Below are positions 54,108 to 62,472 of a stretch of 64,000 nt of DNA, piece by piece; positions within the stretch are counted from its first letter, which is position 1; every line of letters begins with the position of its first letter. Where the stretch lies: the sequence record MZ443769.1, one strand, 5' to 3'. Under the pieces are notes generated by a model. It saw nothing but the letters and a program-made list of their open reading frames with translations, made no database searches and was not told the DNA's origin. The translations under genes were made by a program, and so were the position numbers.

Positions 54108-54605
54108 ATGACATCCGATGAACTTAACAAACATGAAGCAGGCGTTATGTCTCGGCTCGATGCGATTCCAAAGGCATCGGAACCACAAAAGAAACCTTCT
54201 TACTTCGAACTCGTATCACTCCGCATCGAAGCGTCCGGTCGTCTGGCTCGCGCTCTCTTCACTCTGCATTCTGCAAACGTTATCAGCATGAACTTAGTGC
54301 ATGACTCGGCTGAGCAAGAAGCTCTGGCAGTTGCTGAAAAGCACTGGGCTGATATCTGCAACGGCCTTGTGCCTGTACAAGACGGCACAGGCACAGTCAA
54401 GCTACGCGCTGATCTTCCTGCATGTATCGAAGCGTTTCGCATCGTCGTTATGGAATGCGCTCAACGTGCTACACTCGATAAAGAATGCAGAGAGAAGATG
54501 GCTCATGGCGAAGGCTTTAAGCTGCTGACTCAATCCACTCAACTCTCCCTTCCTGTTAAACATACCTGCAATGAGGACTGCGATCATGGCACAGAAACTA
54601 TCTGA
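54108..54605 (+). CDS. hypothetical protein
   Basis: AAGGA RBS before ATG 54108. Confidence 0.8.
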   Translation: MTSDELNKHEAGVMSRLDAIPKASEPQKKPSYFELVSLRIEASGRLARALFTLHSANVISMNLVHDSAEQEALAVAEKHWADICNGLVPVQDGTGTVKLRADLPACIEAFRIVVMECAQRATLDKECREKMAHGEGFKLLTQSTQLSLPVKHTCNEDCDHGTETI

Positions 54606-55119
54606 GCAAATCAACCGTTACTTCAATCTGATGGAATCCATCCGTAAGCAACTGTTTCGCGTTATGCCTATCTCTGACCGTTACCTGTGCATCGTGAGTT
54701 TCAGTACGCAGTATCAAGCGGTCATGAGCGATCTGGTGAGCAAAGAAAGCCTGCTGCCTGTTAAGCTGCTTGATGGTCTGACGGGTTCGGAGCTTGTTGC
54801 GTACGGTACAATCATGCAGGCAATCGAACAGTGGGTTGTTGCTGGTATGCAAGGTGATTTCCCTCTCGACCAGCGTCAGGATGTTTACTCTGAGTATCGA
54901 CGTCTCACTACTGATGCAGAGCAGGAATCAACTGAACCTCAAGTCGCAGTGGTTCGTGCTGATACTCATACACGCGCTGCTATCTTACGCATGTCATTCG
55001 CCTCGCTCGTTGAAGCTGCATCCGACCTAGGTATCTGCCACGATGTTCAGACGAAAGATCTCAAACACAAAGATCTGCAAGCTGCCGTTCTTAAACACTT
55101 AGGCATGGCTGCAGCCTGA
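54586..55119 (+). CDS. hypothetical protein
   Basis: GAGG RBS before ATG 54586. Confidence 0.8.
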   Translation: MAQKLSEQINRYFNLMESIRKQLFRVMPISDRYLCIVSFSTQYQAVMSDLVSKESLLPVKLLDGLTGSELVAYGTIMQAIEQWVVAGMQGDFPLDQRQDVYSEYRRLTTDAEQESTEPQVAVVRADTHTRAAILRMSFASLVEAASDLGICHDVQTKDLKHKDLQAAVLKHLGMAAA

Positions 55120-55351
55120 TGCGGAAGAACGTGATGCACAGGATATCGACAATATCAAAACAACGATTCTGTCTGCTACCGATGATGAACTCCGTGTTAT
55201 GTGTGCTGAGGCTCATGTAGTCGCTCGGAAAGAACTGCGCCTTGTCGGTCGTGACGAGATGATCAGCCTGTTGTTCATTCACCATGACATTGAAGAAGAA
55301 GACGATGATTGCGGATGTGGCGAACTAAGCTGCATCTGTCACGCTCGCTAA
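55103..55351 (+). CDS. unlisted protein-like open frame lacking a canonical start
   Basis: 82 codons (...PDAEERDAQDIDNIKTTILSATDDELRVMCAE...DDDCGCGELSCICHAR) in the +1 frame of the upstream gene; first ATG only at 55199. Confidence 0.5.
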   Translation, partial: AWLQPDAEERDAQDIDNIKTTILSATDDELRVMCAEAHVVARKELRLVGRDEMISLLFIHHDIEEEDDDCGCGELSCICHAR

Positions 55352-55352
55352 G

Positions 55353-55408
55353 TCTGCATAAACGAGGACGAAACGTGAGTAGCGTTTAGTACCAGTCTGT
55401 GCTATAAT
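55353..55408 (+). promoter_or_regulatory. class I phage promoter (variant)
   Basis: TCTGCATAAACG-AGGACGAAACGT, 26 nt, (TGc)TATAAT. Confidence 0.7.
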
Positions 55409-55478
55409 GTCATGAGACAAGTAGTGTCTGAATATGCTAATATCGAGTGGTAACGCTACTCACTTGGAGAATACGAAA

Positions 55479-57518
55479 ATGGCCAAAGCGCCTAAAGCGG
55501 TTAAAGTTAAAAAATCATCGGGCGGCGATGGAAGCCAAGAAGGCTTCGTCATTGCAGAAGGCCTTGATGGAATTAGGCTGAATCCCGGAATGTATATGGG
55601 CGAACGTGGTTCTGACATGGCTTATCGCGCAGTCAAGGAACCTACTGATAACGTCTACGATGAATTGATGGCGGGCCGCAACAAAGTTCTTGAGGTTGTT
55701 ATCGACTATGACAACGACCTGAACGTTGTAGCGGATATGGCAAAAGGTATTCCGACTGACTTCAAGAAATTGAAAGACGGTTCGAAAGAAACGATCATGA
55801 CCGCAGCATTCAGTCGCGCACATGCTGGTGGCAAGTTCAACGACCAAGCATATAAGACCTCTGCTGGTACTCACGGCGTAGGCGTTGCAGCACTGAACGC
55901 AATCTCAAGCAAACTCCGCGTATGGTCTATGTACAAAAGTGGTTGTGCATATCAGATGTGGGAATGCGGTGTTGCTAAGTCAGGCAAAGATCCGAAGCAA
56001 GTTAAGTCCGTCGATAAAGATGTTATGTCGTTGCTGCGTGAAAAGAAACACAGCAAGTACGGAACGATTGTTGCGTGGACTCTCGACCAGACCGTCGTAT
56101 CTGCTGACGTGCAACGTGGCAAGAAGCTCGCAAAGAACTATCGTCATGCTGAGCCAGACCCTGCACGTATCGGCGAGTGGCTGCGTAACATGTCGCTGCT
56201 CAACCCAGGTTTCGAAGTACGCCTGACGCTTATCAAGAAAGGTAAGCGCAAAGAATTCACGTTCCACAACAAGAAAGACCTCGCACATATCGTTAAGACG
56301 ATGGTCGAAGAACGCGAACTGGAAACAGTCGGCAAGCCGTTCGTATTCAAATCAGATAATATCACTGCTGCCCTTGTGTGGACGAATCACCCAGACACTG
56401 ATAACTTCCTGTCTTTCGTTAACACGAGCCCGACAGTCGATGGTGGCTGGCACGTTGTAGGTTTCCGTGATGCACTGTTTGATGCTATCAAGCCGTACAT
56501 GAAAGAGCCGAAAGCTGCGAAAGGCAAGAGCAAGAAGAAACTTGCATTCAAGCAAGAAGACTTGCTTATAGGTCTGACTGGTATGTTCGACTGGCGTATG
56601 CACGGCGCACAGTACACCTCACAGGTTAAAGACAAGCTGGCCTCGCGTATCGAGAAAGATGTTTACGAGTTGATGAAAGACCAGCTTGTGAAATATTTCA
56701 AAGACAACAAGAAAGTTGCAACGACGATCATCAAGCGCGCCGAAGCAATGTCTAAAGGCCGTGATGAACTGTCTGCTGTCGTCAAGTCTATGGCTGACAC
56801 GAAGAAGAAGCTGAAAGGTAACGCACTGCCTGCTGACCTGATCACTGCTCTCAAGTGTAAGCCGCATGAACGTGAACTGATTATCGTGGAAGGTGATTCA
56901 GCAGGTGGTACAGCGAAACACGCACGTAACCCTGACTATCAGGAAGTGATGCTCGCTGGTGGTAAACCGCTGAACGGTCTGAAAGCAACTCTCGCTGCCG
57001 TGTTGGTTCACAAAGAAGTCCAGTCAATGCTGGTTTCTCTGGGCGCTGACTTGAAATCGTTAGACCCGAAAGCTGAGTTCCCTATACTGAGCACGAAGAA
57101 CTTGCGTGTGGGCAACTTGCTTCTCTTAATGGATGCCGACCCAGATGGTTTCCATATCGCAACGTTGTTCATGGGCGTTATCTATCGCTTGCTGCCTGAC
57201 TTGATGAAAGAAGGTCGCGTCTGGATTGTCGATGCCCCTCTGTATAACGTGATGCACAAAGGCATTCACTACGGTGGCATGACATTCGATGAATGCCGTG
57301 CAATTGCACCAGCAGCAATCAAAGACAAAGAAATTGTACGTGCAAAAGGCTGGGGTGAAGTTGAACCTGATGTACTCGAAGCGATTGCATTCAATCCGAA
57401 GACTCGTCGCTTGATTCGCGTTAACCCATTCGCTAGTGTTGAACAAGAACGCTGGTTCCGTGGTGTTGTCGCAGAAGATGCTGTGCACCGTCGTCGTTTA
57501 CTTGGTCTGGAGTCTTAA
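55479..57518 (+). CDS. gyrB: type IIA topoisomerase subunit B (GyrB/ParE-like)
   Basis: IRLNPGMYMG, E..DN..DE, D...GIP, HAGGKF, GTHGVG.AALNA (GHKL ATPase); EGDSAGG, GK.LN, DADPDG.HI (TOPRIM). GGAG RBS before ATG 55479. Confidence 0.93.
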   Translation: MAKAPKAVKVKKSSGGDGSQEGFVIAEGLDGIRLNPGMYMGERGSDMAYRAVKEPTDNVYDELMAGRNKVLEVVIDYDNDLNVVADMAKGIPTDFKKLKDGSKETIMTAAFSRAHAGGKFNDQAYKTSAGTHGVGVAALNAISSKLRVWSMYKSGCAYQMWECGVAKSGKDPKQVKSVDKDVMSLLREKKHSKYGTIVAWTLDQTVVSADVQRGKKLAKNYRHAEPDPARIGEWLRNMSLLNPGFEVRLTLIKKGKRKEFTFHNKKDLAHIVKTMVEERELETVGKPFVFKSDNITAALVWTNHPDTDNFLSFVNTSPTVDGGWHVVGFRDALFDAIKPYMKEPKAAKGKSKKKLAFKQEDLLIGLTGMFDWRMHGAQYTSQVKDKLASRIEKDVYELMKDQLVKYFKDNKKVATTIIKRAEAMSKGRDELSAVVKSMADTKKKLKGNALPADLITALKCKPHERELIIVEGDSAGGTAKHARNPDYQEVMLAGGKPLNGLKATLAAVLVHKEVQSMLVSLGADLKSLDPKAEFPILSTKNLRVGNLLLLMDADPDGFHIATLFMGVIYRLLPDLMKEGRVWIVDAPLYNVMHKGIHYGGMTFDECRAIAPAAIKDKEIVRAKGWGEVEPDVLEAIAFNPKTRRLIRVNPFASVEQERWFRGVVAEDAVHRRRLLGLES

Positions 57519-57519
57519 T

Positions 57520-57822
57520 ATGCGCGGAACTAACTTCCCTGTAGTACATGGCACAGAGCACTGGGAAATGCCTTTGCTCGACTATCCAGACATTGTATCA
57601 CCTGAGTTAAGTGCGAAGCTCGATGCGTCACTTGCAGAGATTCGTCAGATTGCTGCACGGAGTGGAAAAGAAATGAAACAGAACGAAGCATTCATCGGTA
57701 TTCAAAGCACAGCACAGAAGAAAGATGTTGTTGCCGTGCGTGTGCTCAAAGCTCGCAAGCCTGCCACTGACTCAATGTGTGTGATGGCGAAACTCGCAGC
57801 ACTACCTAAAGGAGCGCAGTGA
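57520..57822 (+). CDS. hypothetical protein between topoisomerase subunits
   Basis: GGAG RBS before ATG 57520. Confidence 0.7.
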   Translation: MRGTNFPVVHGTEHWEMPLLDYPDIVSPELSAKLDASLAEIRQIAARSGKEMKQNEAFIGIQSTAQKKDVVAVRVLKARKPATDSMCVMAKLAALPKGAQ

Positions 57823-59474
57823 TGGCGATTAAGCCGAAGAAAGTCAAAGTAGTGAAGTCCACTGCTGTCGCTAAAGTAAAGCCTGCGAAGTTGAAAACGA
57901 AAGTAGTTGCTGTCGATGACCTGCCGAAGAAAAAGAAAAAGAAAAGCAGTGACGTTGCAACTTCGACTGGTGTTATGACCTCGATGTACCCGATGATTGG
58001 TCAAGACCCGAAACTTATTCGTGACGAAAACCTCGCGGACTTCACTAAACGCGCTCTGTTCCAGTACGGTTCATACGTTGTTGAAGACCGAGCTATCGCT
58101 GACTATCGTGACGGCCTCAAGCCTGTGCATCGTGCATTACTCTGGTCGTTGTGTGACTTAGGCTTACGTCCTGGTGGTGCGTTCAAGAAAGCTGCTCGTA
58201 CTGTTGGTGATGCGTTAGGTAAGTATCACCCACACGGTGACGCAGCATGTTACGGTGCGATGGTAACGATTGCAAACACAGTGCCGCCTGCTGTTGCTGG
58301 TCAAGGTAACTGGGGTGACCCTGTAGCACCTGCCGCTGCGATGCGTTACACAGAAGCGAAAATGAGTAAGTTCGCTGGTAGCTTCCTGCTCGACACTGAC
58401 TACCTCGAAGTAACACCGATGGTGGACAACTTCTCGAACGATATGAAGCTGCCTCTGTATCTGCCTGCTCTGTTGCCGTACATGCTGTTCAACGGTAGTG
58501 TGCCTGCGCCAGCATACGGCGTGAAGTGTGGTAACCCATCGTTCAGCTTTACGTCTGTTGCAAAAGTCGTGTGCGATATGCTGGAAGGCAAAGAGTACGA
58601 TGCGAAGAAGCTCGCTAAGACTCTCAAGATCAACCACGAGTACGGATGTAAAGACGTAAGCTCTGATGCTGATTACTTGAATCTGATGACAACTGGTCGC
58701 GGCAAAGTTACATACGAACCGCTGATGAAGATTGACGAGAAGAACAAGACAGTCACCGTTCAGACCTACGTGCCACTGGGCATGGCTAACACAGCAGGCA
58801 TCACGAAGAAGCTGATGAAGATTGCTGAGTGGCAGGGTGTTGTGTCTGCATCGAATGCGAGTTCGAAGAAGAACAAAGACTCTGGTCCATGGGGCGCAGC
58901 GTTCGCAATCAAGTGTCGTGGTAGTGAAGACCAGTTGTATGAGATCGCGACCAAGGTTCAGAAAGAAGTAACAGCCGCTGTGAACTACTCGCTTGGTGTT
59001 ACGATTCGTCGTGCTGATGCAGCGAACAAGTTTAAATACCTGTCGTATGTCGAATACTTCAAAGCGTGGATTGCGTATCGCATTAAGCTGGAAGTTGCGA
59101 TGCTCAAGAACAAGATGGCCAAAGCAGAGAAAGCCTTGCACTTGCAGCAAGTATATCTCTGGTCAGTAGACAACATGGACAAGCTGCTCAAAGCTCTGCC
59201 TAAAGTGTTAGTCGCTGCTGACCCTGATGTTGCGCTGTCGAAAGCCTGTAAGCTGCCTGTTGAAGACGCGAAGATTATCCTCGATCGTCAAGTGCGTAAG
59301 CTTGCGAAACTTGAACGTGCTGGTCTGCTGTCTAAGATCAAGGAAATCAAATCTGAGATCGCTGAGTATAAAGCAGGCCTGAAAGAGCCTGGAAAATATG
59401 CCGCTGCTGGTACTGCCGCAAAAGTTAAGGCTTACCTGAAATCACCTGATGATAAGATGCCAGTCGGTCTGTGA
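57819..59474 (+). CDS. gyrA: type IIA topoisomerase subunit A (GyrA/ParC-like), no C-terminal pinwheel
   Basis: RAI.D.RDGLKPVHR, KKAAR.VG...GKYHPHGD, GQGNWG, AAAMRYTE (catalytic Tyr); 551 aa. Confidence 0.93.
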   Translation: MMAIKPKKVKVVKSTAVAKVKPAKLKTKVVAVDDLPKKKKKKSSDVATSTGVMTSMYPMIGQDPKLIRDENLADFTKRALFQYGSYVVEDRAIADYRDGLKPVHRALLWSLCDLGLRPGGAFKKAARTVGDALGKYHPHGDAACYGAMVTIANTVPPAVAGQGNWGDPVAPAAAMRYTEAKMSKFAGSFLLDTDYLEVTPMVDNFSNDMKLPLYLPALLPYMLFNGSVPAPAYGVKCGNPSFSFTSVAKVVCDMLEGKEYDAKKLAKTLKINHEYGCKDVSSDADYLNLMTTGRGKVTYEPLMKIDEKNKTVTVQTYVPLGMANTAGITKKLMKIAEWQGVVSASNASSKKNKDSGPWGAAFAIKCRGSEDQLYEIATKVQKEVTAAVNYSLGVTIRRADAANKFKYLSYVEYFKAWIAYRIKLEVAMLKNKMAKAEKALHLQQVYLWSVDNMDKLLKALPKVLVAADPDVALSKACKLPVEDAKIILDRQVRKLAKLERAGLLSKIKEIKSEIAEYKAGLKEPGKYAAAGTAAKVKAYLKSPDDKMPVGL

Positions 59475-59478
59475 TTAA

Positions 59479-59488
59479 TCTGTAAATA
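59479..59488 (+). promoter_or_regulatory. TCTGTAAATA class II motif
   Basis: Directly after the gyrA stop, adjacent to a class I promoter. Confidence 0.5.
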
Positions 59489-59492
59489 CAAG

Positions 59493-59549
59493 TCAGCATA
59501 TTCTAGGACAGAATATGGTCTTGTTATTGTGTCACAAAAGTGTTATAAT
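59493..59549 (+). promoter_or_regulatory. class I phage promoter (variant)
   Basis: TCAGCATATTCT-AGGACAGAATAT, 27 nt, (TGt)TATAAT. Confidence 0.6.
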
Positions 59550-59819
59550 AGCAGAGTTAAATAGAACCCTAATGTTGGGAGATAGAGGGGTTCTACTTCT
59601 TCCCATTAATCAGGAGGTGCAATACGGCACATATCGACCTTGCGTATTACAATGAGTCACTAAGTGACCAACCGCCAGTTTCGCTGGAACGCGAACAAGA
59701 GCAATACTATAATCGACCCACGAAATACTAATATGTAGTTGCAGCATTTAGTATTCGAAGTGTCGCTAGGACCTAGGGTATGGTCCTCAACTCTTAAAGA
59801 AGTTTGGAAAAAATCCACA

Positions 59820-61088
59820 ATGAAAAATATGGTAAACAACCTTAAGGCTGGCGTTCAGACTGTTAAGACTGAGCTTGAGAAATTGTATAACGGTACGAAT
59901 CTCAAACGTCACCATGTTGTTAAAGTATTGGGTATTCCATCTGCTAGTTTGGCAGAGCTTACAAAAGCATTAAGAAGTAACACGTTTAAGTCATACCCCG
60001 ATGTAATCGAATTACGTGATTCAGTACGCACTACAACCACAACCTGCCTCAACCTGTCAGAACTCGTAGCGACTGGTAAGATCAAGCCGCGTGAGCTGAT
60101 GGTAAAGCTTGGTGAAATTGTGAAATCGTTCTCTGCCGATATTGCATTGGCCGATGCGTGTATCGCTTATTTGCCTCAATCCAAAAAGTCATTGTCTCTC
60201 GATGACCTATCAGAAGATGATCGCAAGGACTTGAAGAAAGTCTCGCAGCATCTGACTGATATGGAGAATCAAGTAAACGATCAGAAAGCTATTCGCCGTG
60301 AAGAACGTGAAGACGCAGCAACAGCAAAGACTGGCCGTGTGCTTCAACGTTTGAAAGCGAAATACTTTCACAAGGTCCCAAGAAAGTTCAATAGCTCCAT
60401 TCAAATTCTACAATTGCCTGTAATGGCTCGATTCGGAACACTCGCCATGAGTCCTGAGTCACTGTCTCGTATGGGATTCAAAATTGAAACTGCTGGTCTG
60501 CACTCCACCCCGAGTTCTGATCTTGGTATCATCTTTGAAAACCAACTTCTAATGTTCTTTCGTATGTCAGATGCGAAAGCAGTTGCAGAAGAAGAGGCCA
60601 GTCGTTACAAGAGTCGTGATGGTACCCTCGTAGAACGTAAACGCCTCCAGAAAGAACGCAATGCCGAACGTCGAGAACTCAAGAAACTGAATGCGCTTTT
60701 GGAAAAGCAAACAGCCTTGAAAGTTCGTCGTAAGATACAAGCGCAGATCGATTCGAGCCAAGCAGATATCGACGATATCACAGCACAGCTTGACGATATG
60801 GATGCGAAGGTTCGCGTGAGTAACTCTAACGCCCGTGTTCATCGTGTGATGACAACGAGCAACGACCATGCGATGTTGAATTACCTTAACCCGATACTCG
60901 ATACACTCAACGAGAAAAGCTCAAGCACTCTTGGTCTTTTCACCACAATGCCGTTACGTGGTATCATGCCCGATGCAGACGTGCATGTTGCTTGGATTAT
61001 GGAGAAATCAGCGATCAACCTTCTGCTGCGCCACACAGGCGGAGATGTGAAGTTGCAGAACTGGTTTATGCCTTGGTCTAATGGCTAA
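59820..61088 (+). CDS. coiled-coil-containing hypothetical protein
   Basis: About 422 aa from ATG 59820; long heptad region in the C-terminal half. Confidence 0.85.
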   Translation: MKNMVNNLKAGVQTVKTELEKLYNGTNLKRHHVVKVLGIPSASLAELTKALRSNTFKSYPDVIELRDSVRTTTTTCLNLSELVATGKIKPRELMVKLGEIVKSFSADIALADACIAYLPQSKKSLSLDDLSEDDRKDLKKVSQHLTDMENQVNDQKAIRREEREDAATAKTGRVLQRLKAKYFHKVPRKFNSSIQILQLPVMARFGTLAMSPESLSRMGFKIETAGLHSTPSSDLGIIFENQLLMFFRMSDAKAVAEEEASRYKSRDGTLVERKRLQKERNAERRELKKLNALLEKQTALKVRRKIQAQIDSSQADIDDITAQLDDMDAKVRVSNSNARVHRVMTTSNDHAMLNYLNPILDTLNEKSSSTLGLFTTMPLRGIMPDADVHVAWIMEKSAINLLLRHTGGDVKLQNWFMPWSNG

Positions 61089-61620
61089 CGAAAACCGTTT
61101 ACCTGCGGAAACTTCTGGTGAGTTAACACGGTGTATCATCTGCGGCAAATTCAGTCGCTCGATACATTATCACCATACAGTTCCCCGCTCACTGGGTGGA
61201 GAAGATTCTCTTCAAATCCCAATAGACGGTGACTGCCACACAACGCTACATGCGAAAGCAGAAGCTGTGGTCAGTAAGTTGGCTGGTAACCGTAAAAAAG
61301 CAATTGGTCAATTCTGGCATGATCCAGAAGTAGAGCAACGTGCTGAAATGTGGCTAAGTATTCTGGTCGATGCTATGATTAACCCACCGGTGCAGCCGGG
61401 ACAGAAAGAAGTGCTGCTGCCGATGATTAAGGTTGATCTAGAAACCAGAATGGCTTTAGAATTGTTGAAGCGCGACACTCCTGGCATTACTAATATGAGC
61501 CAAGTGTTGCGGTACTGTATCGAAACAACATTGAAGGTTAAGGGGTTAAAAAATGGCGATTCAAAAAATGCGCACACTGGACATCAAAGCACTCGTAAAA
61601 AGCGAACTGAGCTGTGGTGA
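61081..61620 (+). CDS. HNH endonuclease-like protein with possible C-terminal RHH motif
   Basis: CIIC...HYHHTVPRSLGGED....DGDCHTTLH; C-terminal IKVDLETRMALELLK...NMSQVLRYCIE. Confidence 0.7.
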   Translation: MANENRLPAETSGELTRCIICGKFSRSIHYHHTVPRSLGGEDSLQIPIDGDCHTTLHAKAEAVVSKLAGNRKKAIGQFWHDPEVEQRAEMWLSILVDAMINPPVQPGQKEVLLPMIKVDLETRMALELLKRDTPGITNMSQVLRYCIETTLKVKGLKNGDSKNAHTGHQSTRKKRTELW

Positions 61621-62413
61621 TTGCCGTGGTCTGACGAAAGATGCACTTCTCCCAAGTGCTGAGAAACCTTGTGCAACTCAAGGCCAACTCGCAGACTCGA
61701 AGATCTGCCGCCACTATCGTTCTGATAGTCAATCGCTGACAGATCTTATGCAGAGTTCAGGCAACGAGCTTGTTGCGCTGTTTAACCTGTTCAAGAACTT
61801 TTCTGATAAAGATTTGCGCGTAGTTGCTGGTCTGCTGTTAGCTGAATCTAAGACACGCCGTCACGGTGTTCGTCTGGGTCAAGCTGTATTCGTTCGCTAT
61901 CGTGGACGTGAGACTCGTAACTACTTGAACAACTTCATGGCAGCCCGTGTGCTCGACGTGGATGACAACTCGATACGCCTGATTTCCGAGAAAGGTGATG
62001 TTGTGTTGACGTACACAAACGCAGGCTTTGCAGGTCCTTCCGTATATACGAAAGCCCAGTTTGCTAAACTCCGTAAAGAGATGATCAAAGAAGGCAAGTT
62101 GATCGACCCTGAACGTGAGATTAAGACTTCTAAGCGTATGCTACCAGAAGAAAGCAATGTCAACTTCTCTGCACCGAGTTCACTCGATGGCTTCTCACTT
62201 CCTATGATGGGTGAAGTCGTGAAGGGTAAAGGTGCGAAGCGTAAGGCTCGTAAGACCAATACGCTGGTTGATATCGTAAGCATGATTGAAAGTGGTCATG
62301 ACATGGGCGCAGAGCAAGACGAGTCTGGTGTAATGTCGTTAGGCAGTAACAGCTATCGCCGTAAGAATAAAAGCCGTGGCGGTATTGTTGAGCTTGGCGA
62401 CCTTGACGATTAA
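61553..62413 (+). CDS. hypothetical protein with N-terminal Cys cluster
   Basis: AAGGGG RBS; CGDC...C...C. Confidence 0.8.
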   Translation: MAIQKMRTLDIKALVKSELSCGDCRGLTKDALLPSAEKPCATQGQLADSKICRHYRSDSQSLTDLMQSSGNELVALFNLFKNFSDKDLRVVAGLLLAESKTRRHGVRLGQAVFVRYRGRETRNYLNNFMAARVLDVDDNSIRLISEKGDVVLTYTNAGFAGPSVYTKAQFAKLRKEMIKEGKLIDPEREIKTSKRMLPEESNVNFSAPSSLDGFSLPMMGEVVKGKGAKRKARKTNTLVDIVSMIESGHDMGAEQDESGVMSLGSNSYRRKNKSRGGIVELGDLDD

Positions 62414-62472
62414 TTCGAAGTACACAGCAAACAAAACAATCTGACAAAAATATACGATTAGGATCTCGGAAA

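Noticed and set aside
55479-59474. Calling the topoisomerase a true supercoiling DNA gyrase
   Set aside because: Subunit A lacks the C-terminal beta-pinwheel/GyrA-box; gyrA/gyrB symbols indicate homology only.
9669-59549. CRISPR array or dispersed mobile repeat explaining the AGGCTRAAATAG copies
   Set aside because: Copies are dispersed, degenerate and at a fixed distance from -10 hexamers, with no spacer periodicity or cas genes.
59739-59819. TTG-initiated N-terminal extension of ORF 59820
   Set aside because: No RBS and it lies within hairpins of the structured leader; ATG 59820 or 59829 is more likely.
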